NCBI RefSeq assembly: GCF_963853765.1 | Contig: NC_088856.1 | Span: forward strand, 34,596,001-34,660,000 | DNA length: 64,000 nucleotides | Direction: 5' to 3' | Origin: Magallana gigas | Taxonomy: Eukaryota | Made by a program: the position numbers and the translations under genes | The notes under the pieces: generated by a model | What the model saw: the letters and a program-made list of their open reading frames with translations, nothing else | Database searches by the model: none | Told to the model about the DNA's origin: nothing | Shown: piece by piece, positions 24,371-37,600 of the stretch | How the letters are laid out: every line of letters starts with the position of its first letter | Numbering within the stretch: position 1 is the stretch's first letter

Positions 24371-24534
24371 AACAAACACATCTATAGAGCAGGTTTGAGT
24401 GAGGTAGGAGTTTTTTTTAGCATCCTTGATAATGGAAATCAGGCTCTGCATCTGAAGCTACCTCAATTCATTTATATTATAGTTAAATCAATTATGCAAG
24501 CTATTGTCTATAAAACATGTGACCTGTTCCAATA

Positions 24535-25125
24535 AACAAAACCTCATCCAGCACCCGAAACTTAAGGCTCAGATTCAGCATTCAAGCCTGTCAGGAACAT
24601 CAGTATCATAAGACATATCATCCATGCAAGTTTGGTGAAGTTGGGACCAGTTTTAACTAAGATATAATCATCAGAGGGCACCTGCTCCAAAAACTTTAAC
24701 CAGCTCTAAAAACCTAAACCTCTTCCAGCATCCGAAACTTATGGCTCAGATTCAGCATTCAAGCCTGTCAGGTGAATCAGTATCATAAGACGCATCATAC
24801 ATGCAAGTTTGGTAAAGTTGGGACTAGTTTTAACTAAGATATAATCATCAGAGGGCACCTGCTCCAAAAACTTTAACCAGCTCTAAAAACCTTAAACTCC
24901 TCCAGCATCCGAAACTTATGGCTCAGATTCAGCATTCATTCTTGTCAGGTACATCAGTATTATAAGATGCACTATCCATGCACATTTGGTGAAGTTAGGA
25001 CCAGTAGTAACTTAGAAATTGCTATCAAAGGGCACCCGCACCAAAAACTTTAACCTGCTCCAAAAACCTTTACCTCCTCCAGCATCTGAAATTCATGGTC
25101 CAGATTCAGCATACAAGTCTTTTAA
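24535..25125 (+). repeat. Tandem array of a ~178-bp unit (~3.3 copies), resuming after 26410
   Basis: CCAGCA(C/T)C(C/T)GAAA recurs at about 24548, 24725, 24902 and 25079. CATGCAAGTTTGGTGA reappears at about 26430. Confidence 0.85.
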
Positions 25126-25131
25126 GTCCAT

Positions 25132-26410
25132 AAGAAGATATCTGTGAGCCAATGCTCACTAGTGATACCCCCGCTCTGATGTGAATATGCAAAATAAGCA
25201 AAGTCGACATTCAACAGAAAGCTGGCATCCGATTGGTACAGAAATATATTCCACAATATAGCATGTCTAAACAAATAGTGTGTTAAAATTTCAAGCATCT
25301 GCGATAAATAGCTGCTGAGAAATCTTTGAGGAAAATTTGTTTGAAAATTTTGGCTAAAATAAACAAAGTACTCATTTAACAGGAAGTTGACGTCCGATTT
25401 GTACAAAAATATATCCCACGATATGGCATGCCTTAACAAACACTGCGTAAGAATTTCAAGCATCTGCGATAAATAGCTGCTGAGAAATCTTTGACAAAAA
25501 TTTGTTTGAAAATTTTGGCTAAAAATAAACAAAGTCATCATTTAACAGGAAGTTGACCTCCGATTAATACAAAAATATATCCCACGATATGGCATGCCAA
25601 AACAAATACATGTAGTGTGTTAAAATTTCAAGCATCTGCGATAAATAGTTGCTGAGAAATCTTTGACGGAAATTTGTTTGAAAATTTTGGCTAAAAATAA
25701 ACAAAGTCGTCATTTAACAGGAAGTTGACGTCCGATTGGTACAAAAATATATCCCACGATATAGCATGCCTATACAAATACTGTGTAAAAGTTTCAAGCA
25801 TCTGGGATAAACAGTTGCTGAGAATTCTTTGACAAAAATTTGTTTGAAAATTTTTGCTAAAAATAAACAAAGTCGTCATTTAACAGGAAGTTGACATCTG
25901 ATTGGTACAAAATTATATCCCACGATATGGCATGCCTATACAAATACTGTGTAAAAGTTTCAAGCATCTGGGATAGACAGTTGCTGAGAATTCTTTGACA
26001 AAAATTTGTTTGAAAATTTTTGCTAAAAATAAACAAAGTCGTCATTTAACAGGAAGTTGACATCTGATTGGTACAAAATTATATCCCACGATATGGCATG
26101 CCTATACAAATATTGTGTAAAAATTTCAAGCATCTGCGATAAATAGTTGCTGAGATAAATGCGACAGAATTTTTTTGGTTAAAAAATAAGCAAAGTCGTC
26201 ATTTAACAGGAAGTTGACGTCCGATTGGTACAAAAATGTATCCCACGATATGGCATGCCTTAACAAACACTGTGTAAAAATTTCAAGCATCTGCGATAAA
26301 TAGTTGCCGAGATAAATGCGACAGAAATTTTTGTTATGGACGGACAGACAGACAGACACACAAGGGTAAAACAGTATACCCCCGCTCCAAAGGAGCGGGG
26401 GTATAATAAA
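25132..26410 (-). mobile_element. Helentron-associated (HINE/CvA-like) element carrying ~7 copies of a 166-bp satellite (Cg170-like)
   Basis: AGGAAGTTGA at 25381, 25547, 25719, 25885, 26051 and 26208 gives a 166-bp period. Also a (GACA)n tract, a terminal hairpin at 26377-26403, a subterminal TACCCCCGCTC at both ends and a short TGAGC..GCTCA palindrome. The family names are recalled, not searched. Confidence 0.8.
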
Positions 26411-27132
26411 TAGGTCAAGATGCATCATTCATGCAAGTTTGGTGAGGAGTATGAACAATGGAAGATTGACAACGACCCAGAGAACCAGGCCAACGCTGGG
26501 GGTATACTTCGTCTTGGTGAACTAAAAATAAGACACAATCGCAACCTTCTCAGTATTCTAATATCAAGAAGAAGAAAAAACCCACTCCACTTCTAGCATA
26601 GAATATGAAGATAAAGATAAAACAAATCTAAGATACGACCCGTCTTTGTACACTTTTCAAGCATGAGACGCCGAGTCCAAAGAATACGACTGTGAATAAC
26701 ACAAATGAGCATGTCGCATGTGCACTTTAAGATCACCATCTTTGTTATTCGTTCTACTCCTGAAGGGACGTTTTTTTTCACAGGTACGAAGCCTCCACCT
26801 CATCCCTTTTATTTGGCCAATCACACATTTTCCCTATTTCAATATATATAAAAGAGGCAACTTATACATGAACTACGGTAGTCCCTCTACTTTCTGCCAC
26901 AATGTAAAATTTGATGCGCTCATATTACAAATGTGTGCCAAACTTCCTCGCTTCAGAAACAAGCAACATCCTCGAGTCGGGAACATTTTTTTTTTGTACC
27001 AAGTGAGCCTTCATTCTTTTTATCACAGAATTTGGGAATGTGAATGAGAAGACTAATTTTATTATGTTAGAGCAACAGGTGTTCTACTTTTTCTAAAATA
27101 GCTGCATATAATAAGTCTGAAATCCAGCATTA

Positions 27133-27986
27133 GAGAGGTTGAGATTTCAAACGTGTACGGGTACGTATACGTGAACTAGGGGAATCACCTAAATTCTTAG
27201 CGTATTACGTCATCAGTTTTTTGTGACGAAATGGTTTCTACACGTTCTCGAAACTTGTAGAGAGGTTGAGATTCTAAACGTGTACGGGTACGTGTGTTAA
27301 AACTACACGTACACGTACACGTTTCTGTAATTTATCAGTTGAGATTTCTTAACTTGTAGGATATAAATGTGTACGTAAATCGACGCAGTTTTGTGACATG
27401 AATTTATTTAGTTAATTCCAAATAAATGGTAAATTTCTTATCAATTTCCATGCAAATGAAGCTTAAAAATCTATATAATGTATCACAAGAATACATTCAC
27501 CAATCAAAAAGATTTTATTTGTTGTAAAAAGCTACACGTTTGTACTTACGTGTAGACGACACTCTACAAGTTTAGAGAACGTGTAGAAACCATGTCGTCA
27601 CAAAAACTGATGACGTAATTCGCGCAGAATTTAGGTGGTTCCCCTAGTTCACGTACACGTACCCGTAAACGTTTGAAATCTCAACCTCTCTAGTGTCGTC
27701 TACACGTAAGTACAAACGTGTAGCTTTTTACAACAAATAAATTCTTATTGATGAGTTAATGTATTCTTGTGATACATTATATAGATTTTTAAACTTTATT
27801 TGCATGAAAATTGATAAGAAATTCCCCATTTATTTGGAATTAACTGAATAAATTCATGTCACAAATCTGCGTTGATTTACGTACACATTTATATCCTACA
27901 AGTTAAGAAATCTCAACTGATAAATTACAAAAATGTGTACATGTAGTTTTAACACACGTACGTGTACACGTTTTAAATCTCAACCT
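27133..27986. mobile_element. 431-bp TA-flanked MITE (27260-27690) inserted in an inverted copy of itself
   Basis: TIR GAGAGGTTGAGATT. The segments read A-B-A'-B'. Confidence 0.8.
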
Positions 27987-28659
27987 ATTATATTTAAACA
28001 AACCTGATAAAAAAAAAATCAGTGTAAATGGGTGTACTTAAAATAAAATTCATTTTATGGATTGTATTCCAAATAAGAACAGTACATATAGTATCTTTTC
28101 ACATATAATTTCTTTTAAAATTTGTGTTCATATCTATATAAAAATTGCCAAGGTATATATTTTACTAAAAATGTTAAAATTAAAAATGTTAAAAAGTTGT
28201 TAATGAATAATGACTGACAACCCTTTATTACAAAGACCTATAATAAAGGTCAATCAAGCCGAGAACTGATCAAACTCTAGCACTTCCTTATTCCAGGTAT
28301 TTATTTCAACAAACAGTTCCATATACTTCAACAAAACAAAATAATCCTACTTTGTCATTCATAACTGACACAAATCATTTTTTTTTTACAAAACAGGATA
28401 TAGATACACAAGTTTGATTAAAACACCAGCTACACATATAAAGAGAAGACTGATTTGATCAAAATTCTGAGGAAATTAAATTAATGTACAGAGAAAATTA
28501 AACATTAGTGTTCTAGTTTTCTGTCAGAATTGTATATTTTGTCCATGGGTCCATCTCCCACTAGAATAGTGTATTAACAAGTTATGATATGTGTAATCAA
28601 TAATTTAATTGTTCAACTGTTTTTAAATTACTGATGGCATTAACTAACACTGGCCACTA

Positions 28660-31600
28660 TCAGCTGATCTCCATTTCCTCCTCGTCTTCTTGTGAGGAGT
28701 CCGAGTCTTCTCTTCCCAAGTACCACAACTCAGTAACAGCATTTCCTAAAATATAACAGACCAATGAAAAATAAAGCAAACTAAAAAATCTACATCAAAA
28801 TCATCAGACATTTGATTAAACAATTCATTAAAAGGTGACAGAACTGGGCACTTGCTTTCGTTTTCGTATGCTGCTGGCTTAAAGAGTGCATTGAGTCCAA
28901 AGATGAGCTCTGTGTACTGGTGCTGTACCATATACTGCCGCTCCTCAAACTGACCGTCTACCTGACTCAGGTTGTGAAGAAACAAGGCCCCTCTCTGGAG
29001 AACCCTTCGTGCTTCTGTAGATTGATTTGTTTGGTAGCACAACAATATTTTGTGGAGGAGAAGCACAACTGATTTCTGCAGCTGAAATAAAAAGAGAAAA
29101 TTCAGTGCCAGTGATATCTAACCTGTTGACAATGTTACAGTGATTTTTCACCTGTTGACAATGTAACTGTGATATCTCAACTGTTGACAATGTTACAGTG
29201 ATATCTCACCTGTTGACAATGTTACAGTGATATCTCAACTGTTGACAATGTTACAGTGATTTGTCACCTGTTGACAATGTTACAGTGATTTGTCACCTGT
29301 TGACAATGTTACTGTGATATCTCACCTGTTGACAATGTTACAGTGATTTGTCACCTGTTGACAATGTTACAGTGATTTTTCACCTGTTGACAATGTTACA
29401 GTGATATCTCACCTGTTGACAATGTTACAGTGATTTTTCACCTATCAAGAGTGTTGCAGTGATATCTCACCTGTTGATAATGTTAGTGATATCTCACCTG
29501 TTGATAATGTTAGTGATATCTCACCTGTCAACAATGTTGCAGTGATACCTCACCTGTCAACAATGTTACCATTACAGTTATTAACATCCCACAATTTTAC
29601 AATAACATAACTTTTAAAATTGTTACAATGGTATCTAATTTTTTACCAATGTAACAATGATATAGAACCTGTCTACTAAGTTACAGTAATATCTAACAAT
29701 GTTACAGTAACATTAAACCATGTGACAAAGGTTTAAAAATCATTAGATGCAAAAAAATTATTTTTAAACATTATAGAATTATATAAACATATCTATCCTG
29801 CCAAAATGTTAAAAGTGGTTTAAAACCTGTATTGTGTGTTAAATTCTGCTACATTGGTTTTTTATCAGTGTCACAGTGATATTGATATTGTGTGTTATAT
29901 TTTTAAGGTATATCTAACAATCTAATGCTTTCTAAAGTAATATTTAACCTGTGAGTTATATTCTGTTTCAGTGTTATCTACTGTGAATGTGTCACATTTT
30001 ATTACACCGATATCTAACCTGTGTGTTACATTCTGTATCAGTCACATCTCACCTATGTGTTACATTCTGTTACAGTGATATCTATCCATATCAAACATGG
30101 GCGTTACGTTCTGTTACAGTGATATCTATCTAGTGTATTACACTTTATTCAGTGATATCTCACCTGTGTGTTACATTCTGTTACAGTGATATATCACCTG
30201 TGTTACATTCTGTTACAGTAATACATGTATCTAACCTTTGTATTACAGTTACAGTGATATCTCACCTGTGTGTTAGATTCTGTTACAGTGATATCTAACC
30301 TGTGTATTACACTGTTACAGTAATATTTCACTTGTTTGTAAAATTCTGTTGCAGTAATATCTAACCTTTGTATTACAGTTACAGTGATATCTCACCTGTG
30401 TGTTACATTCTGTTACAGTGATATCTAACCTGTGTATTACACTGTTACAGTAATATTTCACTTGTTTGTAAAATTCTGTTGCAGTAATATCTTACCTTTG
30501 TATTACAGTTACAGTGATATCTTGCATGTGTGTTACATTCTGTTACAGTGATATCTAACCTGTGTATTACACTGTTACAGTAATATTTCACTTGTTTGTA
30601 AAATTCTGTTGTAGTAATATCTTACCTTTGTATTACAGTTACAGTGATATCTCACATGTGTGTTAGAGTCTGTTACAGTGATATCTAACCGTGTATTATA
30701 CTCCGTTACAGTGATATCTAACCTGTGTATTATACTCTGTTACTGTGATATCTAACCTGTGTATTATACTCCGTTACTGTGATATCTCACCTGTGTGTTA
30801 GAGTCTGTTACAGTGATATTTAACCTGTGTATTATACTCCGTTACAGTGATATCTAACCTGTGTATTATACTCTGTTACTGTGATATCTAACCTGTGTAT
30901 TATACTCCGTTACTGTGATATCTCACCTGTGTGTTAGAGTCTGTTACAGTGATATCTAACCTGTGTATTACACTCCGTTACTGTGATATCTCACCTGTGT
31001 GTTACATTCTGTGTCAAGCAGAACAGAAGATCCCAGTTTACTATTGCTTGGTACATTGGATAAACATGTCAGAGCCTACAATGAAAAGCAGTAGCATTAG
31101 GAAAACATCTCCCAATATCTTCCTAGTACAATCTTTCATTGACTGTTTTACCCAAACTGACAACTCATTCAAGGTGTAAGTATAATTATAATCAATTAAA
31201 ATTGGTTTGTAAAAAATAAAATGTTAATTGTGCTGGCCCATCAGCCTTGATGGTCACCCCTGAGGTTTACATGACCCATAGAGAACAAAGGTTTACAAAT
31301 TGACTGCTCTATAAAATAATACATTTCTATAAATACAACACCATTTCCACCATTTGGAATATTGGCTATAGTCTAGGGTCACAGAAATAAATGGAAATGG
31401 TGCTGGTTTTATGATGAGACATTCAAGGGGGATTTATCAACAGTTTTAGTTTTAAAGAAAAAGATGATGTGCAATGAATTTATAGGAAAAAAATCTTAAT
31501 GTGAAAAAAAAGATGTGTACCGCTATGCACTCATGTGTAAAATCCAATAACTCTTCATTCTTTTAAACAGTTGTTGTTTTAAAGGGGAATGGTCAAGATA

Positions 31601-34600
31601 TTCATCAAAATTTCTTTTTCCGTTTTTAATGTGTACATTGCTTCAGTATGCACCTATGCGATTCTAATCCTCAACTAAAATTAGAGCATCAGTTGTTGCG
31701 TTATAAACGAGATACACAGCATAAAATTCTTTATTATGAAACAAATTTCAGGTCATTTTTTTGCTTACACTTTAATGGTGAAAGAAAGTTCCAGGTTTAG
31801 ACCTAAAATGATTGTGACAAATGCTAACTCATATTTTTTTTTTTAAGACAGGCCCCCTCCTAAATCCATAAAAATAACTGATGAGCCTAAATATCAATGA
31901 AACCACCATTATAATAAAAACATAAATATGTATACCATATCAAGATGCCTGCAAAGCATTAACTCAGGTTGTAGAATGTAAAACCATGAGAAGAAGATTT
32001 TTAAAGATCAAGGTTGTTAAATCTTAAAAAAAATCAAATTATCAAAACTAGGTACCTACTCATCAGACTGTCAATAAAGAAAGTGTATTGAATAATGGAG
32101 TGTATTATTTACATTTGCAGCGAAGTCTACAAAGACCTCCTCTGGAAACACAGATGTGGAAGATGTTGAACACAGCTGGTAAAGGGACAGAAACACACAG
32201 TGATCTGTAATAGAACCAGAACTCAAGTTTCACGCTTGTTTCCCACTTTCATTTCATCACAAACGTATATTTATTTTAAAGTATGAAAATTTACAGCAGT
32301 TCAATTTGTGGCATATGGTAGGTGATAAAAGCAAATATAAAACTGTAACAAAACTGAAAATTTGTATATGTAGGGGTTTGAAAAATTGAACTTTTCATTT
32401 TATAGAAAATGAGTTTTATTAAATATTTTCATATATTAGACATTTTTTGGCTTGCGAGGATTACCTGGGCAGCAGCAGGCTGAGGACACAGCTCTGTGGT
32501 GCTTGGTCAGTGAACTCATGACTTGTACAGCGGTCAAGACGAGCCGGGGGGTTGAGGTACACCGCAGACAGCTGGATAATACCCCCTTACTCAGGACCGG
32601 GAGGAGTCTGAAACCACACATATCTCATTTGGCAGACATCAATAATGACATGACAGGCAATAGAATTTTTTACTTATACAAACTTCATTGGTTCATCACA
32701 CATCCCTCACTCCACCAAGTACAGTAAATTTTCAATGTGACAAAAAACCTGGGCTTCTTATTAAAAAGGATTTGTTAAGTTTTTTTTGAGAATGGTTTAC
32801 ACAATCTTTGTCCACAAAAAATATGGACTATTTAATTCCCTTTTGCTGTATAATGTTGTAAACTTTCGACCATTTACATAGTTTACATAATCAAATAAAT
32901 GTACTTGTTTATATAAATGTACTTCAGTCACATATTAATCTTTAGATTCTCATCCCCGCCTGTTCCTCTGTAAGTGCCCCCTCCCTCTAATGTATTTTAT
33001 TTCATTTTTTAAAAATTGTGCAAAAAAAATTAGTGAAAACAATTGGGTTGGTAAATAAATAATTCAGAACATTTTAACAGCTGCTTAACATGTGGATCAT
33101 CGTTTGATTCCAGTCATGCTTGTTATCGTAAGGATACTAATGTCTTCATTCATTTACAGTTAAGTTGAAATAATTTAATTTTGGTTGTAACGCGCGTTCT
33201 GATTGGCTAAAAAATTATTTTATACCGTATAAAGAATGTTGCCTACGTCATAGTGAGACTAACGTCAAAAAAATATCAATACGCCTGACGTTACGTTTGA
33301 ATTTTGTACAATTTTACGTCATTTTAAAGGTCAAATGACCGTATTTATCTACAATGAAGAGTAAAAAAATTAAATTATAAGCAATGAATTCAATATTTAT
33401 TTGTTTTATACGATATAAAATGGTTTGTGATTAACAGTATTGTGTTTTTGTAGTTTACATTGTGGCATCTTTATGTTATATTTTGTACTTTGTCATTTAT
33501 TATATTATTTAATAAATGACCATTCTTATTACTTAATCAATGTCTTGAGTTGTATTGTGTCAAACCGAGCACCACCATATCAGTTATCCATAAATAAAAT
33601 GGTTTGAAACAGTTTACGCTTTTTTATAAACCGCTTCGCGGTTTATAAAGCGTAAACTGCCCCAAACCATTTTATATCGTATAAAACAAATAAATATTGA
33701 ATTCATTCCTTAAATAAAATGGAAATAAATGATTACATATTGGGTTTTTTTTACTCATATTAGCATTAACAATTTAAAAAAGATAGAGCAGTTGTTATTT
33801 CTAGAATATGAATGATGAAAAAGATATTTTTAAAATGATATAATTTAATTCTGGTTGTAACGCACTTTCTGATTGGCTAAAGAATTATTTTATTTTGTAT
33901 AAAGAATGTTGCCTACGTCATAGTAAGACTAACGTCAAAAATGTATTAATCCGCCTGACGTTTCGTTTGAATTTTGTACAATTTGATGTCATTTTAAAGG
34001 TCAAAGACTGTTTTTATCTACAATTAATAGCAAAAAATTAAATTATAAGCAATGAATGCAATATTTATTAGTTTTATACGATATAAAATGGTTTGGGGCA
34101 GTTTACGCTTTTTTATAAACCGCTTTGCGGTTTATAAAGCGTAAACTGCCCCAAACCATTTTATATCGTATAAAACTAAAAAATATTGCATTCATTCCTT
34201 AAAAAAAATAAAATCCGCCCACCCACCCAATATTTTTTTGCAAATCAGGAGGAGAATCTAAATATCAAAATGTGGCTTTCCATTAATTTATATACTATTA
34301 TTTACTAATCAGTTTTGCCGTCTAAACACAAATACTTGTACTCAATAAAAATTTGATTCTTTATGTTTTACAAAATTTCAAGGCCAAAACCATGGTCAGC
34401 AAAGCTTTAACTACCGGTATTCTATCAAAATATCACAAATACACACAAAAACCGGTTTAATGTCAGCTAGCACAGAAAGGCAAGGATGATGAAGTCAAAG
34501 AGCCATTACTCTATCAGTAAATGTTTAAAAAATCAAAATACAAAATTAACGGATAACTGCAGGGTATAATTATTATTTTGAAGTAGATGGAGCATAAAGA

Positions 34601-37600
34601 TTCTACTTTTTCATTTTACTCTATTTATTATAGAACTTTGAAACAGGTTAAATATCTCCTAGATAATTTATCAGATAAACAAATGATAAGATTTTAAGAT
34701 TTGTTGAAATTCTTCAGAGAAAAAAAAGCCTTACTGAGTAATCTGAGTCTCTTTACAATTTTCTGCAAGTACTTTGATGATGCTCAGTGCTCTGTGAACA
34801 ACCCATTCATTGAATTTCTAAAATAAAAATGACAGAAATACCTACATGTGTACGATGTATAAAAGATGTATAATAGAAGTGTATAATAGATAACTGATCA
34901 TGACATGACTTTTTATCATCTCTTCCACTTCTATTTGTCGTATGATTTCACATGATAAGTTTTTGCAGGTAGTACATTAACTGTAACAACTGGTTACAAA
35001 CTTTTGGTCCCTCCCCCTCACTGCTTGCTCTGCCAGGGTTGGCCAGTCGGAGGATTTTGCTGAGCAGGTGACAGTCTATCAGACTCTGTCGCACACTGTC
35101 CATGCTGCCATGGCTACTGGTAGTGGAGTTCAAGGAGGACGAGGGATTATCCGCATCCATCTCATCCACCTACAGAAAACAACAACTCAAAAAACATCCA
35201 TCTCATCCATCTAAAGAAAACACCAATTCAAAAAACATCCATCTCATCCACCTAAAGAAAACAACTTGACAAACACCAATCGCATCCACCTATAGAAAAC
35301 AACAATTTGACAAACATCCATCTCATCTCATACGTCATGTCTGATTTAATCATGTTTATTTATTCCTATGGACCAATTCTATTATACCTGTTTAAGTTGC
35401 TTTTTAAAAAAAAATACAAAAACAAATTATGACTCAAAATGATATATATGCATGCATTTGAATCTCTTAAACATAAGGACTGATAAGGCCTATAAAAATG
35501 GTAACCCAGAGTAAACTGACAAAACAAAATGTATTCTTTGAATTTTGAAATTGAATATACTGGTACTAAATGTCTATGCATTTACAAATTTATATCACAT
35601 CCCTCAACTGGTCTTTGTTAATGTTGTAACATTATTACCTTCTCAAAGCTGGAGACACTAGAGTCTGAGAGCACGTCATCGGAGGCGAGCAGAATGTCCC
35701 GCACAGCCTCGCAGTAGAGAACCAGTTTATATAAAACATGGAGAGCACACAGAGCTAATGACTCCAGATTATTGGCGTACGCTGCTCCATCCCGTAACAG
35801 AACATTCAGGGAACTGGTCAGAGAATCCATGGAACTATCCCCAGAGCTGGATGGTCCAAATGAGGAGGACGAGGAGCTCTGAGGACTGAGGAGTGTCTGT
35901 CCTCTTTCTACGTAACAGTTCATCATCTCAATGTAATGAGATAGGTAGTCATTTACTAAGGGTAAAAAAAACAGGCCGTTATGGCTCACTGAGGTCTCAT
36001 GAGTTTGTAACAAGCTTGTTGATTGGTCACTAAAGGTGCAGGTGTGGGATACTTTCACTAAAGAGACCAGAGGTGATTGGTTTGTATCCTTCAGAATACT
36101 GTGAAGTCCCTCCATGGCTCGGGCGTAGCTGCTAGTCGACACTATGGGTCTGGGCCTTGGTCTGTCTGCTGTTGATTTTTTGTCTGACATTCTGCAATCA
36201 TAGACAAAATACTCAAGATGGAGAGAAAATTAACTAATTACCTACCCATTCACTGTCAACATTCATTACATCCATCTCTAAAGAGTCTTTATTTCAAAAT
36301 ACGAATGAAAGAGACGTCAATGCTTTGTGTATAGGAAATTAACAATGCACAACTCAGAAAAAACAATTGGATATACATATGTATTACTAGTAATGTCCCT
36401 AAAAAATTAATTTTCTGACACAAACCTTTTTGTTGGAATGGGTGAGAGCATCTTGGAGCTATCCCTGTCAAACAGAAAGGTGTGGAGGTCCATGGACAAA
36501 GGGTTACTCTGTAGCAATCCCATCACCCCCTTGTCTGGGCCGCTGCCTGGTCCACATCCATGTACGCTGGTCTCCGATAGCTTGGACAGTAAATGGTTAC
36601 CACAAATCATGCCTAGATTATAAAGTCACATTTGTATCTCGTAAACAAAGAGCATACAACAATTACACTTATATTAAATCTGTTTTATCAGATTTCTTGG
36701 CTATTAAAGTGTCATTTACGTTTCCTAGAAACCAATTCTACCACAAAGTTGCAGACATTTATCAAACTAGGCTAACAGAATCAGTCTATTTTCAGACTAT
36801 TTGAAATAATTATAGAAAACTCTATACATGTATTTAATTTTTTTTTAAAAAGAAGCCATTTTATTTAATGTGTTCATTTTCTGCTTACTTACCTTTAGAA
36901 GGCTCAACTTTCAGTCGAAAATTCCTACTTTTATATGTTTTCTTAGCTTCCTCTGTGATATTAGCACTTGTTGCTGAAATGAAATAATAAATCATATTTC
37001 ACAAATCATCAGTAAAGAAAGAAATTAAACTAGTTTTGGTTAGTTTGAGATATTAGACTGAACTTATTACCAGCATCTACCATCTGGACCTCCTCTTTTT
37101 CACCCTGCTTGGGGGGTGCGAGCTGGGAGCCTTCCTCGGCCAAGAAGGTCCTGGTGCTGGGGAATCCCCCTCGCCTGCCTTTAGGCGACACCACAATCTT
37201 CTTCACCACACGGGGACTTTGGTGAGAGGATGATGTCCCTGCCACTTGGGAATCCCCCGCCGCAGTCATGGCCAATTCTAAATCTCGACATTTTTCCCGC
37301 ATCTTAGCAAGGTCTCTCTCTTGGAACTGCAGCTGTGCGTTTAGACTCTGAATCGTCTGTTTTAGCTGCTTCTCTTTCTGTGACTGCTCCTTCATCTGCT
37401 GCTCTGTGAGCTTCATTTTCTGCTGCTTGATAGCACCGAGTTCCGAGTCCTTTTCTGTTAGCTTTTCCCTGAGAATTTTATTCTCGCCTTCTTTTACATA
37501 CAACTCTTGTTTTATTGATTCCATCTGAAAAACAAAAGAAAGGCCATCAATGTGACAGCAAACTGGATTTTCTTTTGTGTGAACTGTATCCATAATACAT

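Noticed and set aside
25122-26428. Repeated 62-139-aa ORFs on the minus strand
   Set aside because: They are open frames of the 166-bp satellite monomer.
29110-31012. CRISPR-like array (29-34-bp repeats)
   Set aside because: The units are contiguous with no unique spacers, there are no cas genes, and the location is a eukaryotic intron.
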